NCBI GenBank assembly: GCA_934097015.1
Contig: CAKONF010000001.1
Span: 65,082-129,081 of the forward strand
DNA length: 64,000 nucleotides
Origin: an uncultured Bacilli bacterium
GTDB lineage: Bacteria > Bacillota_I > Bacilli_A > RF39 > UBA660
Reading direction: 5' to 3'
Shown piece by piece: positions 1-7,928 of this stretch (positions are counted from its first letter, which is position 1; each line of letters starts with the position of its first letter). Position numbers and translations under genes: made by a program. Below the pieces are notes generated by a model. The model saw only the letters and a program-made list of their open reading frames with translations, was not told the origin of the DNA and did not search any database.

Positions 1-319
1 AAATTTTAGGTATTTTTATACCCATACTAGTCCAATTTTCTAATATAGATATACCTTCGTTTGCGATAAACATATATATTACAATATTTCTGATATTACC
101 TGTACTATTTAATAATTTATCTAATAATGCTGCAAGTATTACTATAAATATATATCCTACTTTTTTTATTATACCTTTTGCTCCAATTTTACTACTTAAT
201 TTTTTTGTGTATATGGCCCTTAAAATGCCTGTAATATAATCTATTATTATAAACACTAATAATGTTTTAAATAGTATATCGCATCCGCCAATTATAAAAT
301 CTATAGAAAAGTTACTCAT
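1..319 (-). CDS. Holin, clostridial/TcdE-like family; partial because the C-terminus runs off the window start
   Basis: Minus-strand translation from the ATG (reverse complement of 317-319) reads MSNFSIDFIIGGCDILFKTLLVFIIIDYITGILRAIYTKKLSSKIGAKGIIKK... The 'DYITG..A..TKKLSSKIG.KG..KK' pattern is characteristic of this small 3-TM holin family. The ORF continues past position 1. Confidence 0.6.
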   Translation of the reverse strand, partial: MSNFSIDFIIGGCDILFKTLLVFIIIDYITGILRAIYTKKLSSKIGAKGIIKKVGYIFIVILAALLDKLLNSTGNIRNIVIYMFIANEGISILENWTSMGIKIPKI

Positions 320-469
320 AAAAATCATTCCTTTTCTAATATATAATATGTATAATATAAAATTGATTATATGCTTTTGACTTGGTTAAAATAACATATG
401 TTATTTATCTTATATAGTTGAATATATTAAAAAAATATAATATATTATTGTTATATAAAAGAGGTTGTT

Positions 470-2008
470 ATGAGTAGTAATAGTAGTATTAAAGAAAGAG
501 CGAAGAGAAAAATTAAATATAATTATTGGCATAGTGTAATTATTAGTTTTCTTTTTGTAATTGTAGTTAGTGGTGGATATAAATATAATAGTTTTATATC
601 TGATAGTTTTAGTAGTATTGGTAATGATATTTTAAGTAAGAATAATGTATTTATTTATAATAATATAATGAAGTCTGCTAAAAAAGTTATTAGTATTACT
701 AAAAATTATAAACCTACTAGAGGAGTATTATCTGTTTTCTTTAATAAAATGAATGGTAGTAGTTCTTTGGTATTAGGTTTTGTTGATGCCATATTAGAAT
801 TTATTACTATTAAATCTATACCTAAATTTTTTATAAAAATATTTGGATTTTTGTTATTTATTTTAATTTATATATTTATACAGAATATTATATTGGTTGG
901 TAAAAATAGATATTATTTGGAACATAGTAGATATAAAAAAGTTAATGTTGATAGAATAATGTTTGTTTATAAAGTTAAAAAGACTATTAATGTTGCTTAT
1001 ATAATGTTATGTAAAACAATTTATTTGTTTTTGTGGTTTTTAACTATTTTTGGTGGAGTTATTAAGTATTATTCATATTTTATGATAGATTATATTGTAA
1101 GTGAAAATCCTACTATAAGTAGAAAAGATGCTTTTATATTGAGTAATGAAATGATGAATGGTAATAAATTTAATTTGTTTAAAATACAATTTAGTTTTAT
1201 TGGATATATTATTTTAGGAGCTTTAACATTTAATATTAGTAATATATTTTATTTTGATGTTTATAGAGAAAGTATCTATTCAGAATTTTATTTTAATATT
1301 AGAAATGAATTTTTAAAAAAAAATAAAAAGAAATATAGAAAATATTTTAAAGATGAAATGTTAGATGGTAATAAGTATAATGATGGTTATTATCCTAATG
1401 ATAAGTATTTTATACCTGAAAAGAAAATGTTTAATTTTTTAAAGTTAGATTATAAGACTGATTATGATGTTTGGACTATAATAATGTTTTTCTTCACGTG
1501 TGCTATGATTGGTTGGTGTTGGGAAGTACTTTTAAATTTATTTGTTCAAGGAAAATTTGTTAATAAAGGTACGATGTATGGACCTTGGCTTCCAATATAT
1601 GGTTATGGTGCAACTTGTGTTATAGTTTTATTTAAAAAGTATAGAAATAAACCTTGGAAAGTATTTTTGTATTCAACTATCTTATGTGGTTTGATAGAAT
1701 ACTTTACTGCTGTTTATTTAGAAACGTTTTTACATAATAGATATTGGGATTATGATGGATTCTTTTTAAATATACAAGGTAGAATTTGTTTAGAAGGATT
1801 ATTAGTATTTGGACTTGGATGTATGGTATTTACATATTTTCTAGCGCCTTTATTAAATAATATATATAGTAAAATTAATTTGAAATCTAAGAAAATAATT
1901 GTTATTATATTGGTAGTGTTATATTTAATAGATTTATGTTTTACTAAAATAAGACCTAATAGTGGAGAAGGTATAACGTTTTATATAATGTTAAAGGAGT
2001 GGTTATGA
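470..2008 (+). CDS. Polytopic membrane protein; the C-terminal about 180 aa is a CmpB/DUF1113-like domain ('putative ABC transporter type IV')
   Basis: The long ORF is highly hydrophobic. Its C-terminal half ('WEVLLNLFVQGKFVNKGTMYGPWLPIYGYG...LIEYFTAVYLE') is paralogous to the next ORF, with the GP(W/Y)LPIYG(F/Y)G motif. Confidence 0.5.
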   Translation: MSSNSSIKERAKRKIKYNYWHSVIISFLFVIVVSGGYKYNSFISDSFSSIGNDILSKNNVFIYNNIMKSAKKVISITKNYKPTRGVLSVFFNKMNGSSSLVLGFVDAILEFITIKSIPKFFIKIFGFLLFILIYIFIQNIILVGKNRYYLEHSRYKKVNVDRIMFVYKVKKTINVAYIMLCKTIYLFLWFLTIFGGVIKYYSYFMIDYIVSENPTISRKDAFILSNEMMNGNKFNLFKIQFSFIGYIILGALTFNISNIFYFDVYRESIYSEFYFNIRNEFLKKNKKKYRKYFKDEMLDGNKYNDGYYPNDKYFIPEKKMFNFLKLDYKTDYDVWTIIMFFFTCAMIGWCWEVLLNLFVQGKFVNKGTMYGPWLPIYGYGATCVIVLFKKYRNKPWKVFLYSTILCGLIEYFTAVYLETFLHNRYWDYDGFFLNIQGRICLEGLLVFGLGCMVFTYFLAPLLNNIYSKINLKSKKIIVIILVVLYLIDLCFTKIRPNSGEGITFYIMLKEWL

Positions 2009-2730
2009 TGTCTTGGTTTTTATATTTTGTATTTATATTTTTTATAGGAAGTACATTTGGATATGTATTAGAATTGTTTTTTAGAAGAATAGTTCATAAA
2101 AAATGGGTTAATCCAGGTTTTTTAGTTGGACCTTATTTGCCTATATATGGTTTTGGACTTTGTACTTTAACCGTTATATATTTAATATTTTCTAAGTTGG
2201 TTGTTAATCCTTTTTTGATAATTATATTAATGGGGTTGTCTATGACTTTGATTGAATTAATTGGTGGATTAATGTTTATTGAAGCTGGTGGAGTTAAATT
2301 ATGGGATTATAGTGATATGCCTGGTAATTTTAAAGGAATTATATGTCCTCAATTTACACTTATATGGACTTTGTTAGGAGCTGTATATTATTACTTTGTT
2401 GCTGATAAGATTATGACTGCTTTAGATTGGTTTAAAGTTAATCAATCATTCTCATTTATTTTAGGAATATTCTTTGGAATAATAGTATTAGATTATATTT
2501 ATTCTACTAAAGTATTGGTTAAGATAAGACGTTTTGCTAAGGATAATGATTTAGTTGTAAAATATGAAGAATTAAAAAAACATATTAAAGATATACAAGA
2601 TAAAAATAGAGAAAAGTATTCGTTCTTGTTTCCTTTTAAACAAAGTAAAGCTTTAGGTGAATATTTAAATTTGTATAAGAAGAAAAAAGTTAATAATAAA
2701 AAAGGATTTTTGTTATTTGGTAAAAAGTAG
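1999..2730 (+). CDS. CmpB/DUF1113-like membrane protein, a tandem paralog of the C-terminus of the previous ORF
   Basis: 'VNPGFLVGPYLPIYGFG' and 'IELIGGLMFIEAGGVKLWDY' match 'GPWLPIYGYG' and 'IEYFTAVYLETFLHNRYWDY' upstream. It overlaps the upstream ORF by 10 nt, so the two are likely translationally coupled. Confidence 0.5.
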   Translation: MVMMSWFLYFVFIFFIGSTFGYVLELFFRRIVHKKWVNPGFLVGPYLPIYGFGLCTLTVIYLIFSKLVVNPFLIIILMGLSMTLIELIGGLMFIEAGGVKLWDYSDMPGNFKGIICPQFTLIWTLLGAVYYYFVADKIMTALDWFKVNQSFSFILGIFFGIIVLDYIYSTKVLVKIRRFAKDNDLVVKYEELKKHIKDIQDKNREKYSFLFPFKQSKALGEYLNLYKKKKVNNKKGFLLFGKK

Positions 2731-2813
2731 TACATTGTGTGCTTTTTTTTTGAATTATACTTTATTTTTATAATATATTGTAGTATAATCGATAATTCTG
2801 AAAGGGGATATTT

Positions 2814-3521
2814 ATGAGTTATACGACTTTTTTAATTAGAATTAGTGTTTGTTTTATATTAAGTTTATTAGTTGGATTAGAAAGACAATATAGACATAGA
2901 TTGGTAGGTTTGAGAACTAATGTGTTAGTTTGTTTGGGGGCATTTATGTTTGTTACTGTGTCTTTTGGTATTGGAGTAAATGATCATGCTAGAATTGCAG
3001 CTCAAGTTGTAAGTGGTATAGGTTTTTTAGGTGCTGGAGTTATTTTAAGAGATGGTTCAAAGATAAAAGGACTTAATACTGCTGCTACTTTGTGGTGTGT
3101 TGCTGCTATAGGTGTTTTGTGTTCTGCTGGAATGCTTTTTGAGGCTAGTGTTGGAACTTTATTTGTGTTGATATCCAATGTTGTTTTAAGAATTGTATCT
3201 ATTAAAATTATGGATGTTATTAAGAAAAATAATTTAGAATTATGTAGTATAAGAATTGAATGTAAAAAAGATGCAGAAATGGATATTAGAAATATTTTAT
3301 ATAATTCTTTAGAGAATAATAGATTAACTTTAGAAAGTTTAGAAAAGAATGAAATAACTAAAGATGAAGTTAAATTACGTGCTAATATTATTACTAATGA
3401 ACCTAATAGAGTAGAAAGTGTTGTTAATGTTCTTAGTTCTAATGTAAATATTATAAGTATAAAATGGGCTCACTTTAATTATAAAGATTTAAATAATGAA
3501 GATGAAGATGATAGAGATTAA
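2814..3521 (+). CDS. mgtC: MgtC/SapB-family membrane protein
   Basis: The N-terminal 'LLVGLERQYRHRLVGLRTNVLVCLGAFMFV' is the MgtC signature (GLEREWRHK.AGLRT..LV). It is followed by a soluble C-terminal domain. Confidence 0.8.
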   Translation: MSYTTFLIRISVCFILSLLVGLERQYRHRLVGLRTNVLVCLGAFMFVTVSFGIGVNDHARIAAQVVSGIGFLGAGVILRDGSKIKGLNTAATLWCVAAIGVLCSAGMLFEASVGTLFVLISNVVLRIVSIKIMDVIKKNNLELCSIRIECKKDAEMDIRNILYNSLENNRLTLESLEKNEITKDEVKLRANIITNEPNRVESVVNVLSSNVNIISIKWAHFNYKDLNNEDEDDRD

Positions 3522-3579
3522 AAAATAATTGCAATGTATGTTTATAGTTTTTGCAATTATTTTTTTATAGTGAATAATT

Positions 3580-4014
3580 TTATAATTTTGTTTTACATAT
3601 TTCATCCATTGATACGTTAAATTGTTTACAAAATTCAACTAAAAATATAGTTAATATTAAGGTTTTTCCATTTTCGTATGCGCTTATAGTTGAATGAGTA
3701 GTATTAAAAATACTTGCTATATATTCTTGATTTACATTATTATCTTTTCTTATTTTTTTTAAATTACTTCCTATTAATTTTTTATCTAATTCTTTTATAA
3801 TTGGATATTTTTTATTTTGTTTAGATAATCCCATTAAGTAATCCATACTTATATTATATTTATTACAAATAGTATTTAATTTTGTTAGAGGAATATATTG
3901 TTCTAATGTTTCCCATCTAGCGTATGTTGATTTACTTACATTTAATTCGTTTGCCATTGCTCTTTGTGATAGGTTTTTCTTTTCTCTTATTTCAATTAGT
4001 TTATTTAAAGACAT
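3580..4014 (-). CDS. XRE-family transcriptional regulator with two helix-turn-helix domains
   Basis: Two Cro/C1-type HTH segments are present: 'LSQRAMANELNVSKSTYARWE' and 'VNQEYIASIFNTTHSTISAYENGK'. The gene is divergent from the 4193 ORF. Confidence 0.75.
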   Translation of the reverse strand: MSLNKLIEIREKKNLSQRAMANELNVSKSTYARWETLEQYIPLTKLNTICNKYNISMDYLMGLSKQNKKYPIIKELDKKLIGSNLKKIRKDNNVNQEYIASIFNTTHSTISAYENGKTLILTIFLVEFCKQFNVSMDEICKTKL

Positions 4015-4192
4015 GTAATCACCAATTAAATTGTCCCATTATTTTTACATTTTTATTCACTTGCCCCTAGCATACGACAAAATATTTTGCTATAATTTAA
4101 TTGTAATGATAGGAGTGGTTGTGGAGAGTATTATGTTTTTAGGTTGTTTAGTGTGAATGATTTATTAAATTATAGGAAAGAAGGAAATAAAT

Positions 4193-4771
4193 ATGAATTT
4201 AGAAAATATAATAAAAAAGGAATTAGAGAAAAGAAATAGATTAATTGATTATGATATGAAATCTTTTGAAAAATTTACGAAAGATTATATAACAGTTGAA
4301 AAATTAAATGATGGAAATAAAACTACTCATTTAGATATTGATAAAATTAAAGCTGATGGTAAAGAAGATGAATATAATTTTATTATTTCTTGTTGTAATA
4401 ATTCTCAAATTAGAAGACAAATTTTGACTGATTTAATTAGAGAAAATTCCAATTTGGATTATAATTCAATTAATATTAACACTGTAACTGAGATGATTGA
4501 AAGGAATAAATATCGTGATTCGAGATATAGTGCATTTACTGATGTTGTTTCTATTAATGATCAAAGAGAATTTGCAATGTATTTTGGTAAAGAGATTGAT
4601 GTATCTAATTTAAAAGATTTAAGTTCTGAAGAGCAAGTAAAAACATTTACAAATTATCTTTTAAAAACAATATATGATATGGGATTTACTAATGAAGATT
4701 TGTATCAAGCTTGTAATAGTATTGGTATGGAATTTGGTGGAGTAGAAAAAGAGCATTCTAGAAGTTTATAA
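4193..4771 (+). CDS. Hypothetical protein
   Basis: Clean ORF with RBS 'gaaagaaggaaataaatATG'. No recognisable motif. Confidence 0.5.
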   Translation: MNLENIIKKELEKRNRLIDYDMKSFEKFTKDYITVEKLNDGNKTTHLDIDKIKADGKEDEYNFIISCCNNSQIRRQILTDLIRENSNLDYNSININTVTEMIERNKYRDSRYSAFTDVVSINDQREFAMYFGKEIDVSNLKDLSSEEQVKTFTNYLLKTIYDMGFTNEDLYQACNSIGMEFGGVEKEHSRSL

Positions 4772-4942
4772 TATAAAAGAATTAAAATTTTATTGTGATA
4801 TTTGATAAAATTTAATTCTTTTTCTATTTTATAAATTAGTTAGTTATTAGGTTAATACTTTTTGATTTTATTTTTATAAATCGTTTACTTGACTCTCCAG
4901 TTAGATGTAATGTTATATTACTTAACGAAGGGAGAGATTAAT

Positions 4943-5131
4943 ATGAAAAATTTAAAAGAAATTAAGAATATTATAAGTTCATTAATTTATAAAAATAATT
5001 TGTTAACCTCTATTAATCGAGAACAGAAAAGAATAATAGATGAATTAATGTATAAGAATGAACAACTAGAAAGTGATTTAGAATATAGTAAAGTTAATGG
5101 TGGAATTAAAAAGAAAATATTAAAGTATTAA
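4943..5131 (+). CDS. Small coiled-coil hypothetical protein (62 aa from the RBS-supported ATG)
   Basis: RBS 'agggagag' lies 7 nt before the ATG at 4943. The tracked ORF from 4889 has no RBS. Confidence 0.4.
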   Translation: MKNLKEIKNIISSLIYKNNLLTSINREQKRIIDELMYKNEQLESDLEYSKVNGGIKKKILKY

Positions 5132-5170
5132 CTTATTATGTTATACTTAATTTAGAGAGTGTGGGTTAAT

Positions 5171-5560
5171 ATGTATAAGATAGGAGAATTTGCAAATGTA
5201 GTTAAATCTAATATTAAAACAATTAGATATTATGATGAAATAGATTTATTAAAACCTAAAGTTATAGATAAATTTACTTCATATAGATACTATGATGAAG
5301 ATAATGTTAGAGAATACTATGCAATTATATTATTAAAACAAATGGGTTTTAGTTTAGAAGAAATAAAAATATATAAAGATGATTTAAGTGATGATATATT
5401 TTTAAAACAAAGAGAAAAATTATTAAATAATATAATTGAAATGAAAAATACAATAAAAATGATAGATAAAACAAGAAGTAATATTGTTAATGGTAAAATA
5501 AAATTAGATAATTTTGATTATGAAATAAGTAATATAGATACTAGAAAAAAGGAGAGATAA
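5171..5560 (+). CDS. MerR-family transcriptional regulator
   Basis: 'MYKIGEFANVVKSNIKTIRYYDEIDLLKP...YRYYDEDNV...LKQMGFSLEEIK' is the canonical MerR HTH plus the start of the coiled coil. The start is taken at the ATG giving MYKIGEF. Confidence 0.75.
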   Translation: MYKIGEFANVVKSNIKTIRYYDEIDLLKPKVIDKFTSYRYYDEDNVREYYAIILLKQMGFSLEEIKIYKDDLSDDIFLKQREKLLNNIIEMKNTIKMIDKTRSNIVNGKIKLDNFDYEISNIDTRKKER

Positions 5561-5563
5561 AAT

Positions 5564-6469
5564 ATGAAAAAGAAATTATATGAAGATTTTGAAAGTACTG
5601 GTAAAACAAATGCAATAAAGAAAAGAGTTAGTGAGTTAATAAATAAAAATAAGAGTATGGTAATACTTGATACTAAGAAAGAATATGAAGAATTATTTAA
5701 AAATACTAATTATGAAATAATTAAATTAGATATAAGTGATTTAAATAGCGATATTGCTTATAATCCTTTATATGATGCAGAAAAATTATTTAAAAATGGA
5801 AATATAGATGATTCAATAGAAAAGATAGTAAATTTTGGAAAACTATTAATTCATACTGAAGATAGTGTTGATCCTTATTGGGATAATGCTGCTAGAAGTA
5901 TGTTTACTGGAATATGTTTATATGTTTTAAATAATAATAGAAGTTTAAATTTAAAAGAAATAATAAAAGTAAGTATAGATGAAATGGATGAGATGACTAA
6001 ATATATTAATAATTTAGATGTTTTGAATTATATAAATATAATTACATCAAGTGTAATAAATGCACCTGTAGAAACTAAGGGTGGAATAATGTCTGTTTTA
6101 AAACAATATTTAGGACATTTTGCACATAGACCTAATTTATTAGATAAAATTAGTGTTGATAGAGGTATTGAATTAAAGAGTAAAAATCAAGTTATATTAT
6201 TAACTAATTTTAGTCAAAAGACTATATTTAATATTATTATAGAGAATGCTTTAATTAATATTATAAATGAAATGATTGATAGTAAAGAAGAATATGTAGT
6301 TGTGCTAGATAACTATGATAGTATAATGAATACTGAAGAATTTACTAAGTTATTTAAATCTTATTTATCTGATAACATAGAATGTATTGTTGGTGTAAGA
6401 GATAATAGTTTAGTTAAACCTTTAGATGAGTTTTTAGTTATGTACAGAAAAGGTAAATTAACTGAATAA
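5564..6469 (+). CDS. Soluble, degenerate TraG/VirD4-type coupling-protein-like ATPase domain protein
   Basis: 'VILDTKKEY...DIAYNPLYDAEKL...DPYWDNAARSMFTGICLYVL' resembles the T4CP core (vvDpKGE...NPL...DPFW..aA..Ll). The Walker A is degenerate ('STGKT'), a Walker-B-like 'VVVLDNYD' is present, and there are no N-terminal TM helices. Confidence 0.4.
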   Translation: MKKKLYEDFESTGKTNAIKKRVSELINKNKSMVILDTKKEYEELFKNTNYEIIKLDISDLNSDIAYNPLYDAEKLFKNGNIDDSIEKIVNFGKLLIHTEDSVDPYWDNAARSMFTGICLYVLNNNRSLNLKEIIKVSIDEMDEMTKYINNLDVLNYINIITSSVINAPVETKGGIMSVLKQYLGHFAHRPNLLDKISVDRGIELKSKNQVILLTNFSQKTIFNIIIENALINIINEMIDSKEEYVVVLDNYDSIMNTEEFTKLFKSYLSDNIECIVGVRDNSLVKPLDEFLVMYRKGKLTE

Positions 6470-6518
6470 TAACAAAAAAGCATTTGACAAAACTAATATC
6501 AAATGCTATTATTTGATT

Positions 6519-6602
6519 AAGTAGAACGTCTACCCCCTGTAGGTTAGATTGTCTACCTTTGTGTTAGTAGAAATCCGTCCTAACTGAGTGGCGGATGTTT
6601 TT
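6519..6602 (+). ncRNA. Predicted convergent antisense sRNA of module A (candidate antitoxin RNA)
   Basis: The TTGACA (6484-6489), a 17-nt spacer and TATTAT (6507-6512) sit inside the sense terminator hairpin. The hairpin 6573-6597 is followed by TTTTT. The RNA is fully complementary to the sense 3'UTR. Confidence 0.5.
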
Positions 6603-6610
6603 ATTTTAAT

Positions 6611-6688
6611 TTAATTATCTTTATCTAAGAAGAGTAATATTAAAATAACAATGATTCTATTCATAAATTTTTCTAAATTTTTGAACAT
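6611..6688 (-). CDS. 25-aa hydrophobic peptide MFKNLEKFMNRIIVILILLFLDKDN (candidate type I toxin)
   Basis: The peptide is conserved in all three repeat copies. The SD 'aaggtggtg' lies 5-6 nt upstream of the ATG. Confidence 0.6.
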   Translation of the reverse strand: MFKNLEKFMNRIIVILILLFLDKDN

Positions 6689-6854
6689 AATATCACCACC
6701 TTACTGCTTATACTCTTTAATAATTCAGTTAGTAAGGTAGACATCAAACCAGACGTTCGATTAGTTATACTAATATAAATTAATTTTAATTTAAAGATTT
6801 TCGACAATACTTCTAAAAACTTATCAAATTGTGACAAATATTGTCTTTTTTTAT

Positions 6855-6883
6855 TGCAATGTAGTTTAAAATGTAGTATAGTA
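6855..6883 (+). promoter_or_regulatory. Sigma-A promoter of the perR-rbr operon
   Basis: TTGCAA (6855-6860), a 17-nt spacer, then TATAGT (6878-6883). Confidence 0.5.
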
Positions 6884-6886
6884 TTA

Positions 6887-6903
6887 TTAGTAATCATTAC
6901 TAA
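6887..6903 (+). promoter_or_regulatory. PerR/Fur-type operator (7-1-7 inverted repeat)
   Basis: TTAGTAATcATTACTAA is a perfect palindrome, close to the Per box TTATAATnATTATAA. It lies just downstream of the -10 of perR. Confidence 0.55.
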
Positions 6904-6917
6904 TAAGAGGTGATTGT

Positions 6918-7286
6918 TTGAGAAATACTAAACAAAAAGAAGTAATACTTAATATAATAAATAATAGTTCTAATCATCTAAATGCAAATGGAGTTTATTT
7001 AGAGGCAAGAAAAGTAATTCCTAATATTAGTTTAGGTACTGTGTATAGGAATTTAAATAATTTGGTTGATGAAAATAAAATTATTAGATTAAAAATGAGT
7101 GATGGTGTTGATAGATTTGATAAAAATATAATTCATGCTCATGTTGTATGTAGTATTTGTGGTAAGATAGAAGATGTTATGTATGATTATATAAAAAAAT
7201 TACCTAATATAAAAGATTATGAAGTAATGAATTACGATTTACGTTTTATTGGAAAATGTAAAGAATGTTTAGAGAAGGAGAAATGA
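6918..7286 (+). CDS. perR: Fur-family regulator, PerR-like
   Basis: Fur-family length and architecture, with two CxxC pairs ('CSICGK...CKEC'). It is operonic with rubrerythrin. The start is TTG with RBS 'aagaggtg'. Confidence 0.7.
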   Translation: MRNTKQKEVILNIINNSSNHLNANGVYLEARKVIPNISLGTVYRNLNNLVDENKIIRLKMSDGVDRFDKNIIHAHVVCSICGKIEDVMYDYIKKLPNIKDYEVMNYDLRFIGKCKECLEKEK

Positions 7287-7290
7287 AGAA

Positions 7291-7830
7291 ATGGAATTAA
7301 AAGGAAGTAAAACAGAAGCTAATTTAATGGCTGCTTTTGCAGGGGAAAGTCAAGCAAGAAACAAATATACTTATTATGCTAGTAAAGCTAAAAAAGATGG
7401 GTTTGAACAAATAGCAGAAATATTTTTAGAAACTGCTGATAACGAAAAGGAACATGCTAAAATGTGGTTTAAGGAATTACATGGTGGAGAAGTTCCTAGT
7501 ACTAGTGAAAATTTATTAGATGCTGCAAATGGAGAAAATTTTGAATGGACTGATATGTATAAAGAGTTTGCAGAAACTGCACGTGAAGAAGGATTTGATA
7601 GAATTGCTAATTTATTTGAAGGAGTAGCTGAAATTGAAAAACATCATGAAGAAAGATATAGAGCATTATTAAGTAATGTTGATAATGAATTAGTATTCTC
7701 TAAAGATGGAGATAAAATTTGGCAATGTAGAAATTGTGGACATATTTGTATAGGAAAAAAAGCTCCAGAAGTTTGTCCTGTATGTAGTCACCCACAAAGT
7801 TATTTTGAAATAAAGAAAGAAAATTACTAG
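7291..7830 (+). CDS. rbr: Rubrerythrin
   Basis: Ferritin-like N-domain ('[22 protein letters not shown]...EKEHAKMW...[10 protein letters not shown]') plus a C-terminal rubredoxin-like 'CRNCGH...CPVCSH'. Confidence 0.85.
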   Translation: MELKGSKTEANLMAAFAGESQARNKYTYYASKAKKDGFEQIAEIFLETADNEKEHAKMWFKELHGGEVPSTSENLLDAANGENFEWTDMYKEFAETAREEGFDRIANLFEGVAEIEKHHEERYRALLSNVDNELVFSKDGDKIWQCRNCGHICIGKKAPEVCPVCSHPQSYFEIKKENY

Positions 7831-7864
7831 TAGTTTGGTTAACTACTTTTTTTCTTTAAATTAA

Positions 7865-7891
7865 TTAGCACAAACTATTGACAAGTGCTAA
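7865..7891 (+). promoter_or_regulatory. CIRCE (HrcA operator) overlapping the htpG promoter
   Basis: TTAGCACAA-actattgac-AAGTGCTAA matches the CIRCE consensus TTAGCACTC-N9-GAGTGCTAA. The embedded TTGACA and a downstream TATAT-rich region serve as -35 and -10. Confidence 0.7.
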
Positions 7892-7928
7892 AATATATTA
7901 TATAACTTAGATATAGGAGATGTTATAA

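Larger units (their letters stand above)
6481..6827 (-). repeat. Copy A of an about 345-bp type I toxin-antitoxin-like module, in inverted orientation relative to copies B and C
   Basis: It aligns along its length with 16582-16931 and 16962-17306 after reverse-complementing. It contains the small peptide ORF, the 'catccg..cggatg' hairpin and the TTGACA-17-TATTAT promoter. Confidence 0.85.

Noticed and set aside
2499-2735. Short antisense ORFs (2499-2735, 8502-8687, 11367-11549, 12013-12306, 21856-22065, 23930-24169, 24418-24606, 26968-27171, 31895-32098, 32544-32729, 34237-34425, 40505-40726, 41215-41451, 42294-42539, 44850-45041, 45950-46159, 46520-46744, 46977-47171, 47247-47435, 48812-48994, 49157-49420, 52272-52490, 53660-53869, 54086-54268, 57868-58204)
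   Set aside because: They are embedded in longer, motif-supported genes on the other strand or frame. They are low-complexity AT-rich translations without RBSs.
6673-6897. 74-aa minus-strand ORF in the six-frame track
   Set aside because: It spans the repeat element and its promoter region. The conserved coding unit is the 25-aa peptide (6611-6688) instead, which is present in all three copies with an SD.
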